Shown here piece by piece: positions 8,683-19,179 of a stretch of DNA of 64,000 nt (its first letter is position 1; each line of letters starts with the position of its first letter). A program made the position numbers and the translations under genes. This DNA comes from Patescibacteria group bacterium (GTDB lineage Bacteria; Patescibacteriota; Minisyncoccia; Phycocordibacterales; UBA9973): contig JBBTUS010000006.1 of NCBI GenBank assembly GCA_038063635.1, positions 13,500 to 77,499 of the forward strand, read 5' to 3'. The notes beneath the pieces were generated by a model, which searched no databases, was not told the DNA's origin, and was given only the letters and a program-made list of their open reading frames with translations.

Positions 8683-8973
8683 ATGATGCTTCGAATTTTC
8701 GCTTCTATTTTACTTTTATTTTCAATCTTATTTTTGCCTTTTTGGGTTTCAGTTATCCTAGCTCTTTTAGGAATGCTGTATTTTTCTTTATTTTATGAAG
8801 CTGTGGTTTTATTTTTATTATCAGACTTGCTTTATGGCGCGCCAGAAGCAAGATTATTTAATATATTTTTCTTTTCATTTATTTTATCTATAATATTTTT
8901 ATTAGTTATAGAATTTTTAAAAAAGAAATTAAAATTTTATAAGAAAAATCAGCATGTCTTTAAAGATTTTTAA
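8683..8973 (+). CDS. small hydrophobic membrane protein (96 aa), possibly MreD-like given its position upstream of PBP2
   Basis: It is hydrophobic throughout and overlaps the PBP2 start. No motif was recognised. Confidence 0.4.
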   Translation: MMLRIFASILLLFSILFLPFWVSVILALLGMLYFSLFYEAVVLFLLSDLLYGAPEARLFNIFFFSFILSIIFLLVIEFLKKKLKFYKKNQHVFKDF

Positions 8974-10690
8974 AAAACATAAAATAAAAAATGTAAACTC
9001 CTTTGTGGAACCGGATGAGATATTTTTGGATTCGGAAAATTTGGAAAATTTTGACAGCCAGCAGTTTGAAGGACGAATAGAAAAACAAATACATAAAAAA
9101 ACCGTTATTTTTCTTGGTATTTTCTGTGTTTTTTTTATAGGATTATTTTTAATCCAGCTAGGACGCTTGCAAATACAAAAAGGCGAAGCCTATTTAAAAA
9201 GAAGCGAAAATAATACTTTAACAAAACAAGTTATTTTTGCCGATAGAGGAGTAATTTATGATAGAAATAATGTAAAATTAGTTTGGAATGAAAAAGGAAA
9301 AGATATTACTGCTCAAGCTACAACAACAGAAATAGCGAAAGATTTTAAAATGCCGACAAGAGAATACTTATCGCCCGGATTTTCACATATTTTGGGCTAT
9401 GTAAGCTATCCAACGCAAGATAAATCCGGAAAATTTTGGCAAACTGAATTTATTGGAATAAATGGCCTTGAAAAACAATATAATGACAAAATAAAAGGGG
9501 AGAATGGTTCAAAAACAGTGGAAATAGATGCGACGGGAAAAGTTCAATCAGAAAATGTGGTTAATTCTCCAAAACTCGGCGCGGATTTGGTAACTACACT
9601 TGATTCACGCATTCAAAAACAATTATTTTTATTTATAAAAGGATTGGCAGAAAGCCGTTCTTTCGTTGGCGGAGCCGGAGTAATAATGAATGCGCAAAAT
9701 GGAGAAATTTTAACTTCAGTCAGTTTCCCGGAATATAATTCTAAAATTTTATCTTTAGGTAAAGACACGAAAACAATAAAAAATTATTTTTCGGATAAGA
9801 GAAAAGTTTTTATGAATAGGACAATTTCCGGCTTATATACTCCCGGTTCCGTAGTAAAGCCGTTTTTTGCATTAAGCGCTTTAACTGAGGGAATAATAGA
9901 CCCTTCAAAGCAAATTCTTTCAACAGGCTCTATTTCTATTCAAAATCCGTATTTTCCAGACCAAACAACGGTTTTTAAAGACTGGAGAGTAAATGGATGG
10001 ACAGATATGAGAGAAGCTATCGCCGTATCTTCTGACGTGTATTTTTACACTATTGGCGGAGGATATCAGGGACAAAAAGGACTTGGTATCGTAAATCTTG
10101 GAAAATACGCAAGAATGTTTGGCATAGGCGCAGGGTTAACTGGCATTGATTTGTTGGGAGAAAAAGAAGGAACTATTCCAAGTATTGAATGGAAAGAGGA
10201 AAATTTTCCCGGTGACCCTTGGCGTATTGGAAACACTTATCACACATCTATCGGACAATATGGATTTCAAGTTACCTTAATGCAAATGGTTCGCGCTGTT
10301 TCTGCTTTGGCCAATAATGGCAAACTAGTCACTCCGCATTATATACTGGGAGATACTGAAAAAGAAAAACAATTTTCAATAATAGATATTAAAAAAGAAA
10401 ATTTTGATGTGGTGCACGAAGGCATGAGACAAGCTGTCACTTATGGCACAGCTATAGCGCTTGATGTGCCTTATGTAAGTGTCGCCGCTAAAACCGGTAC
10501 GGCACAATTGGGAGTTTTAAAAAATAAAGTTAACTCTTGGGTTATGGGATTTTTCCCGTATGAAAATCCTAAATACACATTTGTCATAATGATGGAATCC
10601 GGGTCTTCTACAAACAGTACGGGAGCATCAAGTGTTATGAGGCAACTATTGGATTGGATGTCTGTAAATACTCCAGAATATTTTAAATAA
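8954..10690 (+). CDS. mrdA: penicillin-binding protein 2 / peptidoglycan D,D-transpeptidase
   Basis: It has an N-terminal TM. SVVKP (SxxK), SSD (SxN) and KTGTA (KTG) are the transpeptidase motifs. Confidence 0.85.
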   Translation: MSLKIFKKHKIKNVNSFVEPDEIFLDSENLENFDSQQFEGRIEKQIHKKTVIFLGIFCVFFIGLFLIQLGRLQIQKGEAYLKRSENNTLTKQVIFADRGVIYDRNNVKLVWNEKGKDITAQATTTEIAKDFKMPTREYLSPGFSHILGYVSYPTQDKSGKFWQTEFIGINGLEKQYNDKIKGENGSKTVEIDATGKVQSENVVNSPKLGADLVTTLDSRIQKQLFLFIKGLAESRSFVGGAGVIMNAQNGEILTSVSFPEYNSKILSLGKDTKTIKNYFSDKRKVFMNRTISGLYTPGSVVKPFFALSALTEGIIDPSKQILSTGSISIQNPYFPDQTTVFKDWRVNGWTDMREAIAVSSDVYFYTIGGGYQGQKGLGIVNLGKYARMFGIGAGLTGIDLLGEKEGTIPSIEWKEENFPGDPWRIGNTYHTSIGQYGFQVTLMQMVRAVSALANNGKLVTPHYILGDTEKEKQFSIIDIKKENFDVVHEGMRQAVTYGTAIALDVPYVSVAAKTGTAQLGVLKNKVNSWVMGFFPYENPKYTFVIMMESGSSTNSTGASSVMRQLLDWMSVNTPEYFK

Positions 10691-10738
10691 AAATTTATTT
10701 GCATTTTAGACCAATCGTGAAGTATAATAATATAGTTA

Positions 10739-10992
10739 TGAAAACAGCAAGAATACTTTTAATGTTGGCGGTTTGGGTGGCAATATTGCCATACTTAGGT
10801 TTTCCATCTTCATGGAAAAATATTTTATTCACAATTACCGGCTTAGCGCTTGCCTATTTAGCTTATAGTCTATATAAAGAATATAAAATAAATACAAAAG
10901 ATATAATAAAAGAAGAAATTTTTGATAATTTTTTGGAAAATAAAGATTTTAATGAAGATAAAACAAATACAGATGAAAATAATTTCAATTAA
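10739..10992 (+). CDS. small membrane protein (two TM helices)
   Basis: The ORF starts at 10699 in the track. The ATG at 10739 (MKTARILLMLAVW...) is the more plausible start. Confidence 0.4.
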
Positions 10993-12235
10993 AAATGTAT
11001 TCAACAAAAAATTCATATATGAATTCGTAAAAAATAGAAAAAATATTTTTCTAGTTTTGCTTCTTATTCTATTCTTTGGTTTCGGTGTTTATATTGGATT
11101 TAACAATAGACCGGAAACAACTAAAATTTTAGATTTATTTAACAAAGATGGGGAAATTATAAGTCAGACGGATTTTTCGCCATTTTGGAAAGCATGGAAT
11201 GCCATCAATGAAAAATATCCCGATGCTGGCAAAACAAGCAATCAAGAAAGAATTTATGGGGCTATTTCGGGTCTGGTAAATTCATTAAATGACCCGTATA
11301 GCGTATTTTTTAATCCGGAAGATACAAAAAATTTTGAAGATGATATGTCCGGCAGTTTTAGCGGGGTAGGCATGGAAGTTGGAATTAAAGATAAAGTATT
11401 GACAGTTATTTCTCCGCTTAAAGACACTCCAGCTTATAAAGCTGGCTTAAAGGCCGGTGATAAAATTTTGAAAATAGACCAAGTCCCGACTTTTGATTTA
11501 ACAATAGAAAAAGCTATTAGATTAATTCGCGGTGAAAGGGGAACTGTCGTTGTGTTAACAATATTCAATGAAAATAATAAAAATTCAAAAGATATAAGCG
11601 TAACTAGAGATATTATAAATCTGCCTACTCTTGATACTGAATTACGGCCTGACGGCATTTTTGTCATAAAACTTTACACCTTTTCCGCCAATTCAATGGA
11701 TCTCTTTCGTAATGCAATAAAAAAATTCTATGAATCTAAATCAGATAAACTACTGCTTGATTTAAGAGGGAACCCTGGCGGATATTTAGATGCGGCTGTA
11801 AATATGGCAAGCTGGTTCTTGCCCGGAGGCAAGCCAGTTGTAATTGAAGATTTTGGCAAAAACGCCAAGAAAAAAATTCATAGGAGCGAAGGATATGATG
11901 TTTTTTCTGATAAATTAAAATTTGTAATTTTAATAAATAGCGGTTCTGCTTCAGCTTCTGAAATACTGACCGGAGCAATGCAAGATTATGGCATTGCCAA
12001 AATCGTAGGAGAACAAAGTTATGGCAAGGGTTCAGTGCAAGAAGTTGTAAATGTAACTTCTAATACCATTTTAAAAATAACGATAGCCAAATGGCTGACA
12101 CCCAAAGGTACGTCAATTGGAGATAAGGGAATTACCCCAGATTATAAAGTTGAATTTACTAAAAAAGATGAAAATAATAAAATAGATCCTCAATTAGATA
12201 AAGCGGTAGAATTGTTAAATAATTGGAAAAAATAA
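10922..12235 (+). CDS. ctpA: carboxy-terminal processing protease (S41 family, PDZ domain)
   Basis: The S41 motifs are LDLRGNPGGYLDAAV, FVILINSGSASASE and GKGSVQ. The start is probably an internal Met (10952 or 10973), because 10922 overlaps the previous ORF. Confidence 0.85.
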   Translation: MIIFWKIKILMKIKQIQMKIISIKNVFNKKFIYEFVKNRKNIFLVLLLILFFGFGVYIGFNNRPETTKILDLFNKDGEIISQTDFSPFWKAWNAINEKYPDAGKTSNQERIYGAISGLVNSLNDPYSVFFNPEDTKNFEDDMSGSFSGVGMEVGIKDKVLTVISPLKDTPAYKAGLKAGDKILKIDQVPTFDLTIEKAIRLIRGERGTVVVLTIFNENNKNSKDISVTRDIINLPTLDTELRPDGIFVIKLYTFSANSMDLFRNAIKKFYESKSDKLLLDLRGNPGGYLDAAVNMASWFLPGGKPVVIEDFGKNAKKKIHRSEGYDVFSDKLKFVILINSGSASASEILTGAMQDYGIAKIVGEQSYGKGSVQEVVNVTSNTILKITIAKWLTPKGTSIGDKGITPDYKVEFTKKDENNKIDPQLDKAVELLNNWKK

Positions 12236-12237
12236 AT

Positions 12238-12681
12238 ATGAAAGTAATTTTTTCAAAAGATGTGCCGAGAGTTGGGAAAAAAAATGATGTAAAGGAAGTT
12301 AATGATGGATATGCTATAAATTTTTTATTTCCTAACAAGCTTGCTGAGAGAGCTTCTTCAAGTTCATTAAGAGAATTGGAAAAGAGACAAAAAGAAATTT
12401 TAATTGAAAGGGAACTGGAAGAAAGTCTTTTAATAAAAAATTTAGGGGAAATAGAAGGCAAAAAGATAACCTTAAAAGGCAAGGCAAATGATAAAGGCCA
12501 CTTATTTTCGGCAATTCATAAAAAAGAAATTTTAGAAGCGATGAAAAATGAACACAAGATTGAAATTGATGAAGATTTTCTTGTTCTTGAAAAACCGATA
12601 AAAGAGATAGGGGAGTTTAATATTTCAATTAAAGTAAAGAATAAAAAATCGTTTTTAAAATTAAGAGTTGAAGAATTATAA
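12238..12681 (+). CDS. rplI: 50S ribosomal protein L9
   Basis: MKVIFSKDVPRVGKKNDVKEVNDGYAINFLFPNKLA is the canonical L9 N-terminus. Confidence 0.9.
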   Translation: MKVIFSKDVPRVGKKNDVKEVNDGYAINFLFPNKLAERASSSSLRELEKRQKEILIERELEESLLIKNLGEIEGKKITLKGKANDKGHLFSAIHKKEILEAMKNEHKIEIDEDFLVLEKPIKEIGEFNISIKVKNKKSFLKLRVEEL

Positions 12682-12687
12682 TAAAAA

Positions 12688-12713
12688 ATCCCCAAGCTAG
12701 TGGGGATTTTTTA
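12688..12713. terminator. rho-independent terminator shared by convergent rplI and rpmA
   Basis: Stem ATCCCCA/TGGGGAT has a 6-nt loop and is followed by TTTTT. An A-run lies on the other side. Confidence 0.7.
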
Positions 12714-12716
12714 TTA

Positions 12717-12989
12717 TTATATTACATTAATTATTTTTTTTACTATTGTCTTGCCATTAAAAGAAGTTTTACGTCTAGCGCCAAATTTTACTATGCCATC
12801 CTTTAAAGCGAATAGGGTATGGTCTTTCCCGACATCCACATTTTTTCCCGCCATAATAACCGTTCCGCGCTGGCGAACGATAATAGACCCAGCTTGAGCC
12901 TTTTGACCATCTGTCAGCTTAATACCTAGGTACTTTGGGTTTGAATCTCTTAAATTTTTGGCGGTACCGCCAGCTTTCCTGTGTGCCAT
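12717..12989 (-). CDS. rpmA: 50S ribosomal protein L27
   Basis: [24 protein letters not shown]...VRQRGT matches L27. Confidence 0.9.
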   Translation of the reverse strand: MAHRKAGGTAKNLRDSNPKYLGIKLTDGQKAQAGSIIVRQRGTVIMAGKNVDVGKDHTLFALKDGIVKFGARRKTSFNGKTIVKKIINVI

Positions 12990-13076
12990 CGAATTAGTTA
13001 TCAGGTTCTAGGTTTTAGTTTCTAGTTAAAATAAAGAAAATAAAAACCATAGACTAAATATTTAATATTATTTATA

Positions 13077-13499
13077 ATGAAAACAATTATGAGTATAAAC
13101 AATTTCATGGAAAAAATCAAGCTTTTTTTAGAAAGTGAAAAGGGGAAAGATATTTTAGTTATAATGATAGTTGTATTGGTAGGCCTAGCATCATTTGAAT
13201 TAGGTAGATTATCTAAACAAGACTCAAGTAATGGCCTTAAAATTGAATATCAGGGCCAAGAGGCCAATGCAATGGGCTCTATTAGCTCAAATATGCCTAA
13301 ATTAGCCCAAAATACGGCTTTTCAGGGTAATACAGACAACTCAAATAAAGGAAGTTATTTTGCTTCTAAATTGGGTAAAAAATTTTATTCAATAACTTGT
13401 TCGGCAGGAAAAACCATTAAACAAGAAAATAGAATTTATTTTTCTTCCACGATTGAAGCAACTAATGCAGGATACGAACTTTCCAGCGCGTGCAGATAA
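13077..13499 (+). CDS. membrane-anchored protein with a C-terminal Ada-like metal-binding domain
   Basis: It has an N-terminal TM. The C-terminal FYSITCSAGKTIKQENRIYFSSTIEATNAGYELSSAC resembles the Ada Zn-binding pattern Y..C......EN...F.s..EA...GY.PC..C. Confidence 0.4.
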   Translation: MKTIMSINNFMEKIKLFLESEKGKDILVIMIVVLVGLASFELGRLSKQDSSNGLKIEYQGQEANAMGSISSNMPKLAQNTAFQGNTDNSNKGSYFASKLGKKFYSITCSAGKTIKQENRIYFSSTIEATNAGYELSSACR

Positions 13500-13594
13500 A
13501 TTGGTATAGGGAAGTGCTGTATTTAAAAGAAATACCGTGTCGCACAATATATCTTTTCCGACGCAGTATTTCTAATAACCCAATAAAATGAGCT

Positions 13595-13936
13595 TTAGGG
13601 CTTTGTACCTGTTAATGGCATTGTCGGCGCAGCTTCTTCAAAATTTGTGGGTTTTCCATCGCGAATTCTTTCCATATTTAAAATAAAAGATTTCCAAAAA
13701 ATTTCTATAAAAATATCATTCCAAAGATAAGCTACAGGTTTCTTTAAATAAGCTTGCCAAATAGTCATGCTAGTTTCTTTAACATAACTTATATTACCCT
13801 GCCCTTCCGGACTTTCTACAACAGACTTAATATCTACTTTAAAATAACTAAGAACTAAAATCAGAATGAATCCTAAAATTAAAATTCTTATTAAGCTCAT
13901 ACCGCGATTTTTTTCTTTTTTTGCGATATTTGTCAT
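13595..13936 (-). CDS. hypothetical membrane protein (113 aa)
   Basis: The ORF has an N-terminal TM. It is preceded by a possible 48-codon small hydrophobic ORF at 13944..14090 on the same strand. Confidence 0.4.
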   Translation of the reverse strand: MTNIAKKEKNRGMSLIRILILGFILILVLSYFKVDIKSVVESPEGQGNISYVKETSMTIWQAYLKKPVAYLWNDIFIEIFWKSFILNMERIRDGKPTNFEEAAPTMPLTGTKP

Positions 13937-14134
13937 AGTCTTTCAATTAATTAAAAAATATTTCTTATCGCAGATATAAACCAATCAATGAATCCTCTTA
14001 CAGTTATATGAAAATAGCTCATTAAAAAAACTGCGATTATAATAAAAATAATAAATGTTAGAAATCCACCTGTTTTATTTTTTTTAACCATATTTATATA
14101 ATACTACAATATATAACTATAAGACAACAGGTAC

Positions 14135-14182
14135 TTAGAGGCGAGGCAGGCCCGCCTTGACTTGCATTAGAGGCGAGGCAGG
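14135..14182. repeat. 16-bp direct repeat ttagaggcgaggcagg x2 (14135-14150 and 14167-14182), GC-rich; the second copy begins exactly at the stop codon of the M23 peptidase
   Basis: The repeat was seen directly in the sequence. Confidence 0.6.
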
Positions 14183-15450
14183 TAATACATCGGGTCTAAA
14201 TATGCATTTACCGGGGCTATAGGCATCGTATAAATACGTCCTCCACATGTCCTAGAAGGCCTAGATTCCATTTTTACGGCCCCTGATGCGTATAAAGACA
14301 CGTGTAAATGAGGGCCGGTTGAATATCCAGTATTCCCAGTATAACCAACAATTTCTCCTCTTGTCACTCTTTGTCCTTCATAAACTTTAATTAAAGATAA
14401 ATGCCCATAGGTGCTGGAAAGACCATTGTCATACTGTATAAATATAAATTTTCCAAAAGACGCGCCGAGACAAGTCAAATCCGTATTCCCTGTTCCTAAA
14501 ACTTTTCCATCAGCCATAGCTTTAAGCGGAGTACCAACTGAAGCTCTGAAATCAACGCCATTATGCGTACCGTTTGCATACAAGCGCTTGCCAGCTTCTG
14601 TTTTGCCAAAAAATTGGGTTATATAAATATAATCAAGCGGCCAACTTAGAACTCCAGCCCCCGGAAGCTTGGTTGGGTCAAGAATAAAACTTATTTTAGA
14701 TTCATAATCGCGAACTTCTTTTTCAAACGCTTCTTTCTTTGCCAGTCTATTCTTTAAAAGTTTTTGATAATTTATCTCGCTATTTTTAGTTTCCGCTAAT
14801 AATTTTTTCTTTTCGGTTGTATTTTGTTCTATAATTTTTTTCTGGTCGGCTAAATTTGTTTTCAATAATATTAATTCCTTTTTAGCATCAATAGTTTCTT
14901 TTCTGGTATCTTCCAATTCACTCTTTATTTCTTTTAATTCTATTATTTTATCCCGAATCTTTTCGCGAATAGTCGCCATATTGTCTATATCATTCCACGC
15001 AGTTGTAAAATCATTGTTAGATAATAGTATTTCCACTATGCTTTCATTTTCAAATTCATCGGTTTTTCTGATATAAAGTCCTAAGGAATTTATATTATTT
15101 GAAATAGAATTCTGTTCAGTGATTATTTGAGAATTTAATCCTTGAATTTTTAAATTTGTTTTATCTATTTTTTTTTGAGTTAATGCAATATCTACAGTCA
15201 ATTTTTTCTTATTTAAATCAAGTTCTTTAATAGAATTACTCAAGGATTTTTTTTGCTTTCCAACTAAATTTAACTCTGTTTGATATTGTTCAATTTCTTG
15301 TTCTAATGCGGTTATATCAATATTTTTTTGATTTATTTTACTATTTAATTCTTCTATCGTTTCGGCAAAAGAAAAAACAATGGGCATCAAAAGAGATAAT
15401 CCTATGATTATAAAACTAAATAGCCTTTTGTATTCGAGATAAGGTTTCAT
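14167..15450 (-). CDS. M23 family peptidoglycan metalloendopeptidase with a long N-terminal coiled coil (EnvC-like)
   Basis: A signal/TM is followed by about 230 aa of coiled coil. The C-terminal HNGVDF...GNTGYSTGPHLHVSLY is the M23 HxxxD/HxH motif. Confidence 0.8.
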   Translation of the reverse strand: MKPYLEYKRLFSFIIIGLSLLMPIVFSFAETIEELNSKINQKNIDITALEQEIEQYQTELNLVGKQKKSLSNSIKELDLNKKKLTVDIALTQKKIDKTNLKIQGLNSQIITEQNSISNNINSLGLYIRKTDEFENESIVEILLSNNDFTTAWNDIDNMATIREKIRDKIIELKEIKSELEDTRKETIDAKKELILLKTNLADQKKIIEQNTTEKKKLLAETKNSEINYQKLLKNRLAKKEAFEKEVRDYESKISFILDPTKLPGAGVLSWPLDYIYITQFFGKTEAGKRLYANGTHNGVDFRASVGTPLKAMADGKVLGTGNTDLTCLGASFGKFIFIQYDNGLSSTYGHLSLIKVYEGQRVTRGEIVGYTGNTGYSTGPHLHVSLYASGAVKMESRPSRTCGGRIYTMPIAPVNAYLDPMYYLPRL

Positions 15451-16879
15451 TTTTTCCTAAAATTTCAGCAATAACAAAGGGGTCTGGAGATTTATCAAGG
15501 CCAGATAAAGCAAAACGCACCGGATGCAGTAACTCTCCCCTGCTCCCCTTCTTTTCCGCAATTTTCATTAAAATATTTTTTATATTTTCTACTGTAAAAT
15601 CATTTTCATTTATTTTTTCAAGCGCCGATAAAATTTCTTTCAAATTTGATGAAATTTTATCGGCTGAAATGTTTTTGAAAATTAATTTATCTTTTGAATA
15701 TTCCGGCTGTTTATAAAAAAAATCAAGTTCTCCGTTATTTATCATTTCTTTTATATCTCCGAATTTTGAAATTCTTTCAGCAATAATAGGAATAAGTTTT
15801 TCAATTTTTAAGTTTTCCGGCAAATACTCAAAAATTTTATTTTTTAATTCTTCTTTTGGAAGTTTTTTAATATGTTCCTTGTTTATCCAATCTAATTTTT
15901 CCATATTTATTTGCGCGCCGGAATGCCCTATGCGAGAAATATCAAAAGCTTTTATCAGTTCATCTTCGGTAAAAATTTCCCTATCGTCTCCGGGATTCCA
16001 ACCTAAAAGAGCCAAAAAATTTACAAGAGCTGATGGCAAATATCCTTCATTTTTATATTCTAAAATATCTTTTGCTCCATCTCTTTTGCTTAATTTTTTC
16101 TTTCCATCTGTGGCCATAATCGGCGGCAAAGTTGCAAATAGCGGCGGTTTAATATTAAGCGCTTCATAGACAGATAAAAATTTCGGAGTTGAAGAAATAA
16201 ATTCTTGTCCGCGCATAACATGAGTCACACCCATTTCTATATCATCAATAATATGGGCAAAATTATAAGTAGGATAGCCATCGCTCTTTATTAAAATAAA
16301 GTCATCTAAGGCCTCAGGCCCTGCTGATAAACCGCCATAGACCAAATCATTCCATTTATAGCTTTTTATTTCTGGAACTTTAAAGCGAAGAGGTTTTGTG
16401 ACCCCGCCAGAGGACGGGCAGGCATCCCAGACATTAAATTTTTCTGACCCGCCCAGACTCGAGTTAGTTGAGGCTGGCCTATTTTCTCTGTATAAAAATG
16501 GTTTTCTTGCAAGTTCCGCTTTATCGCGAAAAATTCCGACTTCTTCTTCAGTATATGGGTCTGGATATGCAAAACCTTTTTCAATTAAAATTTCGGCATA
16601 TTTTTTATATAAATTTAATCTCTTTGATTGAATATATGGGGCATGTGAACCGCCTATATCAGGACCTTCATCCCAATTTATACCTAACCATTTTAAAGAT
16701 TTTATTATATGTTCTATTGAACCTTCTATTTCTCTTTCTTTGTCTGTGTCTTCAATTCTCAAAATAAAAGAACCTTTATTTTTCTTAGCCCACAGATACG
16801 CATATAATGCAGTACGAATACCCCCGACATGCATAAAACCGGTTGGTGATGGTGCAAATCGTGTTACAACTTTATTCAT
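15416..16879 (-). CDS. gltX: glutamyl-tRNA synthetase
   Basis: RFAPSPTGFMHVGGIRTALY is the HIGH region. LRIEDTD and KLSKR (KMSKS-like) are present. Confidence 0.9.
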   Translation of the reverse strand: MNKVVTRFAPSPTGFMHVGGIRTALYAYLWAKKNKGSFILRIEDTDKEREIEGSIEHIIKSLKWLGINWDEGPDIGGSHAPYIQSKRLNLYKKYAEILIEKGFAYPDPYTEEEVGIFRDKAELARKPFLYRENRPASTNSSLGGSEKFNVWDACPSSGGVTKPLRFKVPEIKSYKWNDLVYGGLSAGPEALDDFILIKSDGYPTYNFAHIIDDIEMGVTHVMRGQEFISSTPKFLSVYEALNIKPPLFATLPPIMATDGKKKLSKRDGAKDILEYKNEGYLPSALVNFLALLGWNPGDDREIFTEDELIKAFDISRIGHSGAQINMEKLDWINKEHIKKLPKEELKNKIFEYLPENLKIEKLIPIIAERISKFGDIKEMINNGELDFFYKQPEYSKDKLIFKNISADKISSNLKEILSALEKINENDFTVENIKNILMKIAEKKGSRGELLHPVRFALSGLDKSPDPFVIAEILGKNETLSRIQKAI

Positions 16880-16895
16880 TCTTCTATTTTAACAT

Positions 16896-18026
16896 TTAAA
16901 TTTCGTGAGATAAAGCCATATGCAAAAGCTCTTTGGCTATTTTTTCAGCCGCATCTTTTTTATGAAAAGCCAAAGCATTGTTTGCCATTCTGCTATAAGT
17001 GTCTTTGTCTTCCATTATTCTTTCAATTTCTGAACTTAAAATATTTGCTGTCATATTTTTTTCTTCAATCACATTGCAAGCTCCCGCGCGCGCATAACAA
17101 AAAGCATTTTTCTTTGCATGGTCGGCATTTGATTCAGTAAATGGAACTAATATTGATGGCACCCCCCAAGACGCTATTTCAAAAATTGTTGAACCTGCCC
17201 GTGAAATAATAATCGTCGCAACTCCGGAAGCCATTTTCATTTGCAGCGGATTAAGAAAAGAAAATGCAAGATATCTTGATTTATTTTCATTGTTAATAAG
17301 CACAACATCGGCTTGACTCATAACTTCTTTATAATTTCTGACTCCTGTTTGATGAATGACTCTGAAATTTTTTAAAAACCTCGGCAAGGCATCTAATACC
17401 GTATTATTTATAAGTTCTGCCCCTTGAGAACCGCCTAATACCAAAATAATCGGTAAATCTGACTCTAGTTTGAAAAAATCAAGAGCTTTATTACGATCCG
17501 CTTTTTGTTCTATTTCTACACGAATCGGCTGACCTGTCCAGGCCACACGCTCTTTAGGAAAAAATTCTGCCGCTTCTTTAAAAGAAACAGCAATTCTTTT
17601 TGCAAAACGTCCCGCCCAACTATTCACTCTTCCGGGAGCGGAATCCGACTCATGGATAAATACAGGAATATTTAAAATTTTTGCCGCTAGAATCGTTGGA
17701 AAACTGGCATATCCGCCTTTGCCAAAAACAACATCCGGATAAATAGAAAAAATTTTATAAATTGCATTTAAAACGCCAAAAAATGTTTTTATAACATCGG
17801 AAAAATTTTTAAAAGAAAAATAAGTTCTTAATTTACCGGTACTTACATTTTCATAAATAAGTCCGTTTTTAAAAAGCATTTCTTTGTCATAAGGACTATT
17901 AGAAAAATAATATAGTTTTGCTCCTATTATTTTTTCTTCATCTATTAATTTATTTATTTTTTGGGTGACGGCAATAATTGGATAAAAATGCCCCCCTGTT
18001 CCCCCTCCTGTAAAAACTATTTTCAT
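16896..18026 (-). CDS. murG: UDP-GlcNAc:lipid I N-acetylglucosaminyltransferase
   Basis: MKIVFTGGGTGGHFYP is the MurG glycine-rich N-terminal motif. It lies in a cluster with ftsW and mraY. Confidence 0.9.
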   Translation of the reverse strand: MKIVFTGGGTGGHFYPIIAVTQKINKLIDEEKIIGAKLYYFSNSPYDKEMLFKNGLIYENVSTGKLRTYFSFKNFSDVIKTFFGVLNAIYKIFSIYPDVVFGKGGYASFPTILAAKILNIPVFIHESDSAPGRVNSWAGRFAKRIAVSFKEAAEFFPKERVAWTGQPIRVEIEQKADRNKALDFFKLESDLPIILVLGGSQGAELINNTVLDALPRFLKNFRVIHQTGVRNYKEVMSQADVVLINNENKSRYLAFSFLNPLQMKMASGVATIIISRAGSTIFEIASWGVPSILVPFTESNADHAKKNAFCYARAGACNVIEEKNMTANILSSEIERIMEDKDTYSRMANNALAFHKKDAAEKIAKELLHMALSHEI

Positions 18027-18078
18027 GATTGATTTTAAACAAGCGAAGCGATTATTAAAATTATATTCGTTTCACTCG

Positions 18079-19179
18079 TTAATTTTTACTAAATTTTGAT
18101 ATTTGCAACACTATTCCTATTGACATAAGATATATCATAAGCGAAGTACCTCCATGACTCATAAAAACAAGCGGAACCCCGGTCAACGGAAAAACTCCGG
18201 TAATAGAAGCTATGTTCATAAATGACTGAGCCGTAATCAGTATAACAATTCCAGCCACTAAAAGTCTACTGAATAAATCCGGTGAATTATTTGCAATATG
18301 AAGTCCTCGCAAGGCAAATAATGCATATAAAATTATAGTGGCAACAGACCCGATAAAACCTAATTCTTCACCTAGGACGGCAAAAATAGAGTCTCCTTGC
18401 GGTTCGGGAAGATAACTAAACTTTTGAATACTTTGACCAAAACCCCGCCCAAATATTCCTCCTGAACCTATGGCAATTAAAGATTGTTGAATTTGATAAG
18501 ATGACCCTTGAGAATCTTGCGATGGGTTGATAAAAGTTTTAACTCGTTCTTGGAGATAAGGAGTGACTGCAACCAAAGAAAAAAGAGCGATGCTTACCAG
18601 AAGTCCTATTCCTAAAAGATATTTTATCGGAACATCAGAAATAAAAAGCATAGCCAACCCTGTAATTGCAATTAAAATAAAACTTTTTGTGTCCGGTTGT
18701 TTAAATAAAATAAGAGCTATTATGCCAAGCATAATAAATAAAGGAAGAATGCTAAACCTAAAACTTTTTACTCTTATTTTTGCCCAAGAAAGCCAGGCGG
18801 CAAAATAAACAATAAATCCAAATTTTAGAAATTCTACCGGTTGAAACGTGCCTAATGGCCCTAATTTAATCCATCTCTCTGCTCCCCCATGACTCCACCC
18901 CAAATACGGTATAAATACGGCAGCCGTAAGAAGAATCGACCCTAAAAAAATATAAAATGCATGCTTTTTCCAAAACTTGTAATTTATTTTTAAACAAAAA
19001 AGCATGCCAACAACACCCAAACCAAGACCTAAAACAAGTTGGCTAAAAAGAACTGAATAAAAAATTTTTGGATTTTTAGCCAATATTCCGAAAGAGGCTG
19101 AAATAAACATTGCCAGTCCAATAAAAATTAAGAGAATTACAATTGTCAAAAAAAATCTATCAATTCTTTTTTCTTTCAT
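18079..19179 (-). CDS. ftsW: SEDS-family peptidoglycan polymerase FtsW/RodA
   Basis: It is a 10-TM protein between mraY and murG. The FtsW/RodA-conserved C-terminal region is PLTGVPLVFMSHGGTS. Confidence 0.8.
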   Translation of the reverse strand: MKEKRIDRFFLTIVILLIFIGLAMFISASFGILAKNPKIFYSVLFSQLVLGLGLGVVGMLFCLKINYKFWKKHAFYIFLGSILLTAAVFIPYLGWSHGGAERWIKLGPLGTFQPVEFLKFGFIVYFAAWLSWAKIRVKSFRFSILPLFIMLGIIALILFKQPDTKSFILIAITGLAMLFISDVPIKYLLGIGLLVSIALFSLVAVTPYLQERVKTFINPSQDSQGSSYQIQQSLIAIGSGGIFGRGFGQSIQKFSYLPEPQGDSIFAVLGEELGFIGSVATIILYALFALRGLHIANNSPDLFSRLLVAGIVILITAQSFMNIASITGVFPLTGVPLVFMSHGGTSLMIYLMSIGIVLQISKFSKN

